From: Bacilli bacterium
Lineage (GTDB): Bacteria > Bacillota_I > Bacilli_A > ML615J-28 > CAG-313
Assembly (NCBI GenBank): GCA_017937305.1
Contig: JAGBDV010000001.1
Span: 66,237-130,236, forward strand
Direction of reading: 5' to 3'
Length of the DNA stretch: 64,000 nt
The stretch's first letter is position 1, and each line of letters opens with the position of its first letter. Below are positions 1 to 10,646 of this stretch, one piece after another. Under the pieces are notes generated by a model. It was not told where the DNA came from. It was given only the letters and a program-made list of their open reading frames with translations, and ran no database searches. The position numbers were made by a program, and so were the translations under genes.

Positions 1-44
1 AATCCCAAACCAACTAGTAACAATATTAGATTAAAATCCATCAT
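1..44 (-). CDS. 5' end of a membrane protein running off the window (MMDFNLILLLVGLG...)
   Basis: ATG at 44 with GAGGTG RBS; hydrophobic N-terminus; truncated by the window edge. Confidence 0.55.
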   Translation of the reverse strand, partial: MMDFNLILLLVGLG

Positions 45-287
45 TGTAATTCACCTCTTTTATTTATGACTTTACTCATTTATTATACCAAAATAGTTCT
101 TTTTTGGCAAGTAATCATACCTCAAAAAAGTCAAAAAAGTTAGATTTTACTTTTTTTATTTAAAGATTTTTCCAACATTTGGAAGATATTTTATATTTTT
201 TAAAGTAATTTAAATCATTTTAGTAGGAAAAATTTAAAAAATAATTTCGTTATTATCTTTTTATTTTTTCTATATAATTATATAGAG

Positions 288-326
288 AAAAAGTACTTTA
301 GATTACTAAAATCTAAAGTACTTTTT
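288..326 (-). terminator. Intrinsic terminator after the 1084-aa gene
   Basis: 16-bp perfect inverted repeat AAAAAGTACTTTAGAT/ATCTAAAGTACTTTTT. Confidence 0.8.
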
Positions 327-335
327 ACTTATAAA

Positions 336-3300
336 TTACTTAAATAACTTCTCTAAAATTGTTTTTGCTAAAGCAGAACTTTCTAGTTTTTCTAGATCTT
401 CTTCTGATAAATTATCTAGGTCAAAGTTATCTTGATCTGTACTATTTTGATATGTTTCGATAATAGATTCTACTACATCTGCTGCATCAGAAATATCTTT
501 TTGAGTGTATTCTACATGTGTTTCATTTCCAATAATATCATTAATAATTTGATTTGAAAGTTCAATATTTTCTTCACTTTCTGCAATATTCTTAATTGAA
601 GAAATTAAAGTATCAGTTACTTCTGTATTATTTAAATCTAGGGTATTATCTTGTACAAGCGATGCTACAACTATTGCGTTATAAACAACATCAGATGAAG
701 ATTTCATTACAGCTTGATCTGTAAAGTCTTCATGTACAACACCAGTAAAGATATTATTTAATACTGTTCCTAATACTTTAGTAGAAATAACACTTTCTGA
801 AGAATAGATCATTAAGTCTTTTACCGCATCAGCATCTAAGTCTTCATATTGTTTATCTAAATCAACGTTTTCGATTTTTTCAACAAGATTTAGTAAATGC
901 ATTGCTTCAAAGTTCCATCCATTTACTTCTTCGATTAAATGTTTTTCTTCATTCGTTAATTCAATATCACAATTTGGATCTATATTTGTTGATACTGTAT
1001 CTAAGATTGTATAAATAGAATCTCCAAATACATCACTATATCCTATTGCTGCAACGATTTCTGCAATCATTGTTTTTTCTTCATCAGTTCTAACATCTGT
1101 AAGTAAAGATGAAAAGTCAAGATTATCTAATCCTCCAGTAATAGACATTGCGTTTTTAAATATTGTACACATATAATCTACTTCAGTATTCCAATCTGAT
1201 ACATTTTCATAGTTTAATGTAATGCTGTATTCTGCTAGAGTTTCTTCAATATTAATAATACTAATAATTGATTTGAAAATAGTTTCTTCTTTTCCTTCTA
1301 CAACACTTAAATCAAATACTTTTTTAATTACTTTAATTAAAGTATCTTGAGTAGTAGGATCATTAAAGTCTAATTCTTGTTTATCTAACAATCCTAATGT
1401 TTTAATTTCTTTAAATACGTCAATTAATTTTTCTACATCATTTGTTAGTAATTGATTAATTGATTCTTCAGTAATTAATTCTTTTAGGAAAGATATATCA
1501 ATACTTGAATCCATATTATCAATTAGTTCATGAAGTTTATTTGGAAGTTTAGGAATAATATGATTACTAATAACTGTTGATGATTTTGATGCTTCAAAAA
1601 TATCTTTTATATATGTAGCTAAATTTTCATTATCTAAGATTTTAGTCCATTCGTCTTTATTAAAGTCTAATCCTTGATATGCATCTAAAAACTCTATTAA
1701 GATATCTTTAATACTTGATATTTCAGTTTTCCAATTTGTATTTTTAATTTGTGCAAAATCAAAACCAAATGAACTTAATGATTCGTTTGTTTCTAATTTT
1801 TCTACTAATACATTCATTACAATAGGTAAGATGTAATCTGCAAATACTTCACAATCTAAAATATTAGTAATTGCTTTACTAAGTTCTGTTTGTAATTTAT
1901 TATTTTTAAGTACAGCTTTATAATCATCTGGATTAATATCTAATGTTTGATATGAAATAATTAAATCATGTACTAATACTTTTATTTGGTCTAAGTTATT
2001 TTTCCAATTTACTTCTTTTAATTCATCAAAGTTGATATCTAAGTTACTTAAAGATTCATTTTTTTCTAAGTTTGCAAGAAGAACTTGCATTAGAATCGGA
2101 AGCAGGTTATCTGTAATAATAGTTGATTTTTCAATTTCGTCAAATGTATAAGATACAAAGTCAGGTAATTTTTCGTCATTAAGTGCTACTTTAAAGTCTG
2201 TAAAATCAATATCAACATTTAAATATTCTCGGTAAATATTAAGTGCAGTTGATACAAATTCTGTACCACTTGTTGCCCAATTAATAGTTTTAATATTACT
2301 AAAATCAATATTATAATCTTTAAAGTCACCACTTGTAAATTGTTCTTCTAACATATCAATTCCAAGAGGGATTAAGACTTCAGTAATAAGTTTAACTTTT
2401 AATGTGCCATTAAGTAAGTCTTCTACTAAATTAATTACACCTTCTGATTTAATAATATAATCAATTTCTCCAACATTAATTTCAAGTTCATTATGTTCTT
2501 TTAATACATCAATGATTGCTGCAATACTATTTAGTTCTTCATTCCAATCAAGGTCATTTAGTTTTTTTAAGATATCTCCATATCCATTTTCATCATTACG
2601 CATACTATAAACTGAGTATTCTAATATAGCAGGAATAATTACTCTAATTAATTTACTATCTTTAAGTATACTAGATATATTTTCAATATCATCATCAGTA
2701 AAGTTTGATAATTTTACGATTTTTACTTCTTCACTATTTAATTCATTTACTACATTAACTACTTTAATAATAGATGGAATTGCATCTTTAATACTTAAAT
2801 ATTCATCTAATAATTTTACTTTTTCTCCATGTACTTCAAATGATAAACCACCTGCTACAAATTGAGCATCACAAGATAGTGATTTATTTGTACATAAAAC
2901 TTTAGTTGCAGTATTAAGAATATATTTTTTTGTAATCGTTTCTTCATATAAATCTGCATAATAAATTACTTGGTCTAAAGGTAATCCTTCTTCTTGATTT
3001 TCAGGTTGATAAGAAGCTACATCATGTAGAATTGAACTTGTAAGTGATAATGTACCAAATAAAGGAAGTAATAAAAGAACAAATGCAATTGCAAAATTAG
3101 CTGCACCAAGGGCAAGTCCTAAAAGTTTAGCACCTCTTTTTTCTTTACCAAAGAATATTCTAAGTATTAATCCAATTATTAAGCTTGCTATCCATACTAA
3201 GAATAAACATAAGAAGTAAACAACTATTTTAATAACCATTGTTGAAATTGCGGAAGCAAGTTCTTTTACTTCTGATTCCTCTTGAAGTGATGCATCATCT

Positions 3301-3590
3301 GGGTATATATAATTACTTACTACCATTGTTAATGCACCATTAATTGAGTATGTTTCTTCGGTATATTCTTCTGGGATAATATCTACAATATTATTTATTT
3401 TTCCTAAATCTACTTCTTTTTCCATTACCGCATTAGTAATAGGGCCTAAGAAAATAAATAAACAAATAGTAGGTATTGCAAGAGCAATAAGCTTTCTTAG
3501 TGATTTTTTAAATCCTCTAATTAATCCACCAAGTAAGCAGATTGCTAAAATGATTAATACTAATACATCTAAAATTAAAAAATAATTCAT
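336..3590 (-). CDS. Large membrane-anchored alpha-helical repeat protein, CvpA-like N-terminal TM region
   Basis: 1084-aa ORF with AAGGAGG RBS; several N-terminal TM helices (first: ...LGGLIRGFKKSL); about 91-aa acidic helical repeats. Confidence 0.7.
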   Translation of the reverse strand: MNYFLILDVLVLIILAICLLGGLIRGFKKSLRKLIALAIPTICLFIFLGPITNAVMEKEVDLGKINNIVDIIPEEYTEETYSINGALTMVVSNYIYPDDASLQEESEVKELASAISTMVIKIVVYFLCLFLVWIASLIIGLILRIFFGKEKRGAKLLGLALGAANFAIAFVLLLLPLFGTLSLTSSILHDVASYQPENQEEGLPLDQVIYYADLYEETITKKYILNTATKVLCTNKSLSCDAQFVAGGLSFEVHGEKVKLLDEYLSIKDAIPSIIKVVNVVNELNSEEVKIVKLSNFTDDDIENISSILKDSKLIRVIIPAILEYSVYSMRNDENGYGDILKKLNDLDWNEELNSIAAIIDVLKEHNELEINVGEIDYIIKSEGVINLVEDLLNGTLKVKLITEVLIPLGIDMLEEQFTSGDFKDYNIDFSNIKTINWATSGTEFVSTALNIYREYLNVDIDFTDFKVALNDEKLPDFVSYTFDEIEKSTIITDNLLPILMQVLLANLEKNESLSNLDINFDELKEVNWKNNLDQIKVLVHDLIISYQTLDINPDDYKAVLKNNKLQTELSKAITNILDCEVFADYILPIVMNVLVEKLETNESLSSFGFDFAQIKNTNWKTEISSIKDILIEFLDAYQGLDFNKDEWTKILDNENLATYIKDIFEASKSSTVISNHIIPKLPNKLHELIDNMDSSIDISFLKELITEESINQLLTNDVEKLIDVFKEIKTLGLLDKQELDFNDPTTQDTLIKVIKKVFDLSVVEGKEETIFKSIISIINIEETLAEYSITLNYENVSDWNTEVDYMCTIFKNAMSITGGLDNLDFSSLLTDVRTDEEKTMIAEIVAAIGYSDVFGDSIYTILDTVSTNIDPNCDIELTNEEKHLIEEVNGWNFEAMHLLNLVEKIENVDLDKQYEDLDADAVKDLMIYSSESVISTKVLGTVLNNIFTGVVHEDFTDQAVMKSSSDVVYNAIVVASLVQDNTLDLNNTEVTDTLISSIKNIAESEENIELSNQIINDIIGNETHVEYTQKDISDAADVVESIIETYQNSTDQDNFDLDNLSEEDLEKLESSALAKTILEKLFK

Positions 3591-3650
3591 TGTATTACCT
3601 CCTTATCTTTTCTTTATTATATCATAATAAAAAAAGTTTGACAAGTGATT

Positions 3651-4904
3651 TTAAAATACTTTCATATTAGATATATTTACATTTATTCCTCTTAACTTTT
3701 CAATCAAATTTTCATATCCTCTAGATATTACTTCTGCATGATTAATTATGGTTTTTCCTTCAGCAGATATTGCTGCAATGATTAAAGAAAAACCTGCTCT
3801 TAAGTCTTTTGCATAAACTTCTTTTCCAATTAAATTAGATGGAAAAATAAGTAATGTTTGATTCTTTAAATATAGTGTTGCATTCATTGCAAGTAGTTCA
3901 AAGACTTCTGAATATCGATTATTATATATATTATCTTTTACAATTGAGATATTATTTGCCGATAGTAAAGTACTTACTATTAATTGTTGTAAATCAGTTG
4001 GAAAAAGCGGATAATCATCTGCAATGATTTTTAAGTTACTAAGTTTCTTATTTTTAATTATTCTTAAGTTTTTCTCTTCATATAAAATATTAAGTCCTGC
4101 TTGTTTAAATGTATCTATTACTACTTGTAAATGATCAATATTTAAATCCTTTATTAAGATATTACTTTTTTCAGCTGTTGCTGCAAGACATATATAGCTT
4201 CCTGCTTCTATTCTATCTGGGATAATTTTATGTGTTACTCCAGTTAGTTTTTTTACACCTTTAATCACTATTTCATTATTAATTATTTTAATGTTTGCAT
4301 TCATTTTGTTTAATACTTGGATAAAGTCTAATACTTCTGGTTCTAATGATGGGTTTTTAATTATAGTTATTCCCTTCGTTTTTACTGATGCAAGAATGAT
4401 ATTTATTGTTGTACCTAGTGATTTTGTTTTTAGGGTAATATTTATTGGTAATTTATTTTTTCTTTTAATTAAGATATCATGATTAGTCTCTTTAATAATT
4501 GCTCCCATTTGTCTAAATGCATCTAAATGATAATTTATTGGTCTTTTTTCAAAATCACATCCTCCTGGAATCTTAGTTTTAATTAATCTTTTTTCTGTAA
4601 ATAGTGCTCCCATTAAATAATAAGAAGCCCTAATTTGATTAAGATAAGGGCTTTTAATCACTGACTTAACTTTTCTTCTTTTTAATACTACTTCATTTGT
4701 TTGTTCATTTCGTTTAACACGCACTCCACATAGTTTTAATAATTCAATCATATATTCTACATCTAAAATATTAGGTACATTTTGTAAATAAACTGTTTCA
4801 TTAGTTAGAAGGGGTACAACTAAAATTGGAAGGGATGCATTTTTAGATCCACTAACCTTTATTTCTCCAAAAAGATTAGTTGTTTTTTTTATTTGTAATT
4901 TCAT
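3651..4904 (-). CDS. murA: UDP-N-acetylglucosamine 1-carboxyvinyltransferase (divergent)
   Basis: GSKNASLP, RASYYLMG, PGGC...RP, PDRIEAGS, FPTDLQ and DLRAG motifs. Confidence 0.9.
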   Translation of the reverse strand: MKLQIKKTTNLFGEIKVSGSKNASLPILVVPLLTNETVYLQNVPNILDVEYMIELLKLCGVRVKRNEQTNEVVLKRRKVKSVIKSPYLNQIRASYYLMGALFTEKRLIKTKIPGGCDFEKRPINYHLDAFRQMGAIIKETNHDILIKRKNKLPINITLKTKSLGTTINIILASVKTKGITIIKNPSLEPEVLDFIQVLNKMNANIKIINNEIVIKGVKKLTGVTHKIIPDRIEAGSYICLAATAEKSNILIKDLNIDHLQVVIDTFKQAGLNILYEEKNLRIIKNKKLSNLKIIADDYPLFPTDLQQLIVSTLLSANNISIVKDNIYNNRYSEVFELLAMNATLYLKNQTLLIFPSNLIGKEVYAKDLRAGFSLIIAAISAEGKTIINHAEVISRGYENLIEKLRGINVNISNMKVF

Positions 4905-5007
4905 TTATTTCACCTCATACTTACTTTCATTTTATGCATAAGAGATAATTTTTAAGTCTTTTTTTATTTATTATTTTAAATTTTATGGTATCATATATAT
5001 GAAATAA

Positions 5008-6432
<1,425 letters not shown>

Positions 6433-6659
6433 GAGTAATTGATTTTTTTCAATTACTCTTTTCATTTTAAATATTTATTAAAATTTAGAATTATTCTAAA
6501 TTTTATTTTTTTATTCTAAATGCTTTCTAAATTTTAAAAAAATGAAAATTTTTTCATTGATATTATACTTGAAAAAAAAAGCATAATTTAGTATAATAAA
6601 TATACTCTAAATTTGAGATATTATCAATAAAATTAAATTTATAATAGGGAGGAAAGAAA

Positions 6660-9020
6660 ATGATCAAAGTAAAAAAACGTGACGGCAATATAGTTGATTT
6701 TGATATCACTAAGATTGAGAATGCTATTGCTAAAGCATTTGATTCCGTTAATAAAAATTATAGCAAAGACATTATAGAATTACTTGCACTAAAAGTTACT
6801 GCTGCATTTAATGAAAAAATTGTAGATGGAGTTATCTCTGTAGAAGATATCCAAGATACTGTTGAAATTGTCCTAATTCAAACAAGTTATGTTGATGTTG
6901 CTAAATCATATATTTTATATCGTAAGCAACATGAAAACATTAGAAATATGAGTTCTACCTTCCTTGACTATAAGGACACAATCAACAACTACTTAAAGAT
7001 TAATGACTGGCGTGTTAAAGAAAACTCAACAGTTACTTATTCTGTAGGGGGATTAATTCTTTCTAACTCTGGTGCAATTACTGCTAACTATTGGTTATCA
7101 GAAATTTATGATCAAGAAATTGAAAAGGCACATCGTGAAGCAGATATTCATATTCATGACTTATCAATGCTTACAGGTTATTGTGCTGGATGGAGTTTAA
7201 AACAATTAATTACTGAAGGACTTGGTGGTGTACCTGGAAAGATTACATCTAAACCTGCATCTCACCTTTCAACTTTATGTAATCAAATGACAAACTTCTT
7301 AGGTATCATGCAAAATGAATGGGCTGGTGCTCAAGCATTTTCATCATTCGATACATATCTTGCACCATTTGTTAAAGTAGATAACTTAACATATAAAGAA
7401 ACTAAACAATGTATTCAATCATTTATTTATGGTGTTAATACACCTAGTAGATGGGGTACTCAAGCTCCATTTACAAATATTACTCTTGACTGGGTAGTTC
7501 CTAACGACATGGCAGAACTTAATGCTATTGTTGGTGGAAAAGAAATGGACTTCAAATATAAAGACTGCGTAAAAGAAATGGCAATGGTTAATAAGGCATT
7601 CATCGAAATCATGATTGAAGGTGATGCTAATGGCCGTGGATTCCAATATCCAATCCCTACATACTCAATTACAAAAGACTTTGACTGGTCAGAAACTGAA
7701 AATAATAAATTATTATTTGAAATGACAGCAAAATACGGTACTCCATATTTCTCTAACTATATTAATTCTGATATGGAACCAAGTGATGTAAGAAGTATGT
7801 GTTGTAGACTTCGTCTTGATTTAAGAGAACTTAGAAAGAAATCTGGCGGTTTCTTTGGTTCAGGTGAATCTACAGGTTCTGTTGGTGTTGTAACACTTAA
7901 CATGCCACGTCTTGCATACTTAGCAGAAAATGAAGAAGACTTCTATAAACGTTTAGAAAAATTAATGAATATTTCTGCAAGAAGCCTTAAGATTAAGAGA
8001 AACATTATTACAAAATTATTAAACTTAGGATTATATCCATATACACTACGTTACTTAGGAACATTTGACAATCACTTCTCAACTATTGGTTTAGTTGGTA
8101 TGAATGAAGCATGTTTAAATGCTAAATGGTTAAGAAAAGACTTAACTACTAAAGAAGGTCAAGAATTTACTAAAAATGTTCTTAACTTTATGCGTAACAA
8201 ATTATCTGATTATCAAGAACTTTATGGTGACTTATATAACTTAGAAGCAACTCCTGCTGAATCTACATCATATCGTCTTGCAAAACATGATAAGAAACGT
8301 TACCCTGATATTATTACAGCATCTAAAGAGGATGAAACTCCTTACTATACTAACAGTTCTCATCTACCTGTTAGTTTTACTGAAGATGTCTTTACTGCAC
8401 TAGACATCCAAGATGAACTACAAACATTATATACATCAGGTACTGTATTCCATACATATCTTGGTCAAAGAATGCCTTCATGGCAAGCTTGTGCTGCGCT
8501 TGTTAGAAAGATTGCAGAAAACTACAAGCTTCCATATTATTCAATTTCTCCAACATACTCTGTATGTTCAGAACATGGATACATTGATGGTGAAGCATTC
8601 ACTTGTCCAATCTGTGGGAAGAAAACAGAAGTTTACAGTAGAATTACCGGATACTATCGTCCTGTTCAAAACTGGAATGATGGTAAAGCTCAAGAATTCA
8701 AACATCGTAAAACTTATAATTTATCTACATCAGTATTTACAGAAAAAGAAATTGAAAAAGTTGAAAAAGAAACTCAAAGCGTTAGCCTTGATAAAATTCT
8801 TCTATTCACTACAAAAACTTGTCCTAACTGTAAAATGGCTAAGATGTTACTTGATAAAGCTGGTGTTGAATATACAGCTATCGATGCAGAAGATAATGTT
8901 GATTTAGTAAATAAATTCAATATTAAGAAAGCTCCTACACTTCTTGTTCCTAAGATGGGTGGATATGATATCTTCGAAAACGTTAGTTTCATTAAACAAT
9001 ATATAGAAAGTAGAAATTAA
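6660..9020 (+). CDS. nrdD: Class III (anaerobic) ribonucleotide reductase with N-terminal ATP cone and C-terminal glutaredoxin-like domain
   Basis: ATP cone (VKKRDG); SMCCRL; Zn site CSEHG..CPICG; glycyl-radical motif YSRITGYYRPV; C-terminal TCPNC domain. Confidence 0.93.
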   Translation: MIKVKKRDGNIVDFDITKIENAIAKAFDSVNKNYSKDIIELLALKVTAAFNEKIVDGVISVEDIQDTVEIVLIQTSYVDVAKSYILYRKQHENIRNMSSTFLDYKDTINNYLKINDWRVKENSTVTYSVGGLILSNSGAITANYWLSEIYDQEIEKAHREADIHIHDLSMLTGYCAGWSLKQLITEGLGGVPGKITSKPASHLSTLCNQMTNFLGIMQNEWAGAQAFSSFDTYLAPFVKVDNLTYKETKQCIQSFIYGVNTPSRWGTQAPFTNITLDWVVPNDMAELNAIVGGKEMDFKYKDCVKEMAMVNKAFIEIMIEGDANGRGFQYPIPTYSITKDFDWSETENNKLLFEMTAKYGTPYFSNYINSDMEPSDVRSMCCRLRLDLRELRKKSGGFFGSGESTGSVGVVTLNMPRLAYLAENEEDFYKRLEKLMNISARSLKIKRNIITKLLNLGLYPYTLRYLGTFDNHFSTIGLVGMNEACLNAKWLRKDLTTKEGQEFTKNVLNFMRNKLSDYQELYGDLYNLEATPAESTSYRLAKHDKKRYPDIITASKEDETPYYTNSSHLPVSFTEDVFTALDIQDELQTLYTSGTVFHTYLGQRMPSWQACAALVRKIAENYKLPYYSISPTYSVCSEHGYIDGEAFTCPICGKKTEVYSRITGYYRPVQNWNDGKAQEFKHRKTYNLSTSVFTEKEIEKVEKETQSVSLDKILLFTTKTCPNCKMAKMLLDKAGVEYTAIDAEDNVDLVNKFNIKKAPTLLVPKMGGYDIFENVSFIKQYIESRN

Positions 9021-9022
9021 TT

Positions 9023-9928
9023 ATGATTGATATTATCGTAATTGGCGGAGGGGCAGCTGGAATGACAGCTGCTCTTTACGCTAAAAGAAGCGGAAAAAGT
9101 GTAAAAATATTTGAAAAAGAATCATTTGGTGGACAAATAGCATCAAGTCCTAAAGTAGAAAACTTTCCATCAATAAAAGAAATATCTGGTTTAGAATTAT
9201 CAAACAATATGTTTGAACAAATCATGGAACTAGGGGTTGAATTTGAATGTGAAGATGTACTAGAAATTAAAAAAGAAAATGATTGTTTCAAAGTAACAAC
9301 AGATTATAATACTTATCTTGCAAAATCAGTTATTATTGCAGCAGGTGTAAAACATAGAACTCTTAACTTAAAAGATGAAGAAGAGTTAATAGGTAAAGGT
9401 GTGTCATACTGTGCTGTTTGTGATGGTGCATTTTATAAAGGTAAAGACGTTGCAGTAATAGGTGATGCAAATACTGCACTTCAATATACATTAATGTTAT
9501 CTGATATATGTAATAAAGTATATTTATGTATGCTATTTGACAGATTCTTTGCTGATCAAACACTGGTGGATAGATTAAAAGATAAAGAAAACATTATTGT
9601 TACTAAAGAAATATCACTAAAAGAATATATTCACCTTGAAGAATTAACAGGGTTAAGATTTGAAAATACTCAAACTCATGAAGAAGTATTATTTAATGTA
9701 GATGCTTGTTTTGTTGCAATAGGGCAAGTACCTAATAATGATAGATTTAGTAATCTTGTAGATTTAGATGATAAAGGATATATCTTATCTAGTGATACTT
9801 TAACTAAAACTGAAGGTTTATATGTTGCAGGAGACTGTAGAACAAAAGATGTAAGACAACTTACAACAGCTGTAGGTGATGGTGCTATTGCTGCAATGAA
9901 TGCAGTTAACTATATTAATAAAAAATAG
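9023..9928 (+). CDS. trxB: Thioredoxin-disulfide reductase
   Basis: GGGAAG FAD motif; CAVCDG redox motif; AGD..RQL..AVGDG. Confidence 0.9.
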   Translation: MIDIIVIGGGAAGMTAALYAKRSGKSVKIFEKESFGGQIASSPKVENFPSIKEISGLELSNNMFEQIMELGVEFECEDVLEIKKENDCFKVTTDYNTYLAKSVIIAAGVKHRTLNLKDEEELIGKGVSYCAVCDGAFYKGKDVAVIGDANTALQYTLMLSDICNKVYLCMLFDRFFADQTLVDRLKDKENIIVTKEISLKEYIHLEELTGLRFENTQTHEEVLFNVDACFVAIGQVPNNDRFSNLVDLDDKGYILSSDTLTKTEGLYVAGDCRTKDVRQLTTAVGDGAIAAMNAVNYINKK

Positions 9929-9956
9929 TATATGTGTAAAAACACATATACTTTTT

Positions 9957-10646
9957 TTAATAGCCTCTCAAAATTACTTTTTCGACTACTTCTTCTAATA
10001 TAGATTTATAAGTATTAGCTGTTTCTAAATCTACTTCATGAAGTTTTTGATTCAAGCATGTATCACGTAAAACAAATTTTTGAAGATATAGTTTTTTTGC
10101 ACCTGATACTAATTCTTTCATTTCATTTATTGAATCTAGACTATGAAATTCTTTAACTAAAGTTGTTCTAAATTCAAAGTTAATATTTGATGTTTTTAAA
10201 ATATTAATTGACTCTTTGATATTATCTAAAAATGGATTAACTACTCCGGTTACTAAGCTATAACAATTACTAGATGCTTTAATGTCCATTGCAACATAAT
10301 CTATTAACTTTTTATCAATTAATTCTTTTAACATTTTAGGATTAGTTCCATTAGTATCCAATTTTATAATATATCCTAGATCTTTTATTTGTTTTATTAC
10401 ACTTGGTAATTCTTTATGAAGAGTTGGTTCTCCTCCTGTTACTACTACTGCATCTAGCATCTTCTTTCTTGCTGATAAATAGTTAAGTATTTCTTCCATT
10501 TTTAAAGAAGGTTGTTCTTTAATCAGTGGTGAATTGTGACAGAATGGACATCGATAATTACATCCACTAGTAAATAGTGTACAAGAAATATAACCATCAA
10601 AATCAACAAGTGATAATTTTTCTATTCCACAAAATATACTATTCAT
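9957..10646 (-). CDS. nrdG: Anaerobic RNR activating radical SAM enzyme
   Basis: CNYRCPFCHN, TGGEPTLH, KLDTNGT, FRTT; convergent with the nrdD operon. Confidence 0.88.
   Translation of the reverse strand: MNSIFCGIEKLSLVDFDGYISCTLFTSGCNYRCPFCHNSPLIKEQPSLKMEEILNYLSARKKMLDAVVVTGGEPTLHKELPSVIKQIKDLGYIIKLDTNGTNPKMLKELIDKKLIDYVAMDIKASSNCYSLVTGVVNPFLDNIKESINILKTSNINFEFRTTLVKEFHSLDSINEMKELVSGAKKLYLQKFVLRDTCLNQKLHEVDLETANTYKSILEEVVEKVILRGY

Noticed and set aside
6595-6625. NrdR box upstream of nrdD
   Set aside because: CTCTAAATTTGAG is an imperfect palindrome with the wrong spacing for the NrdR consensus, and there is no tandem pair
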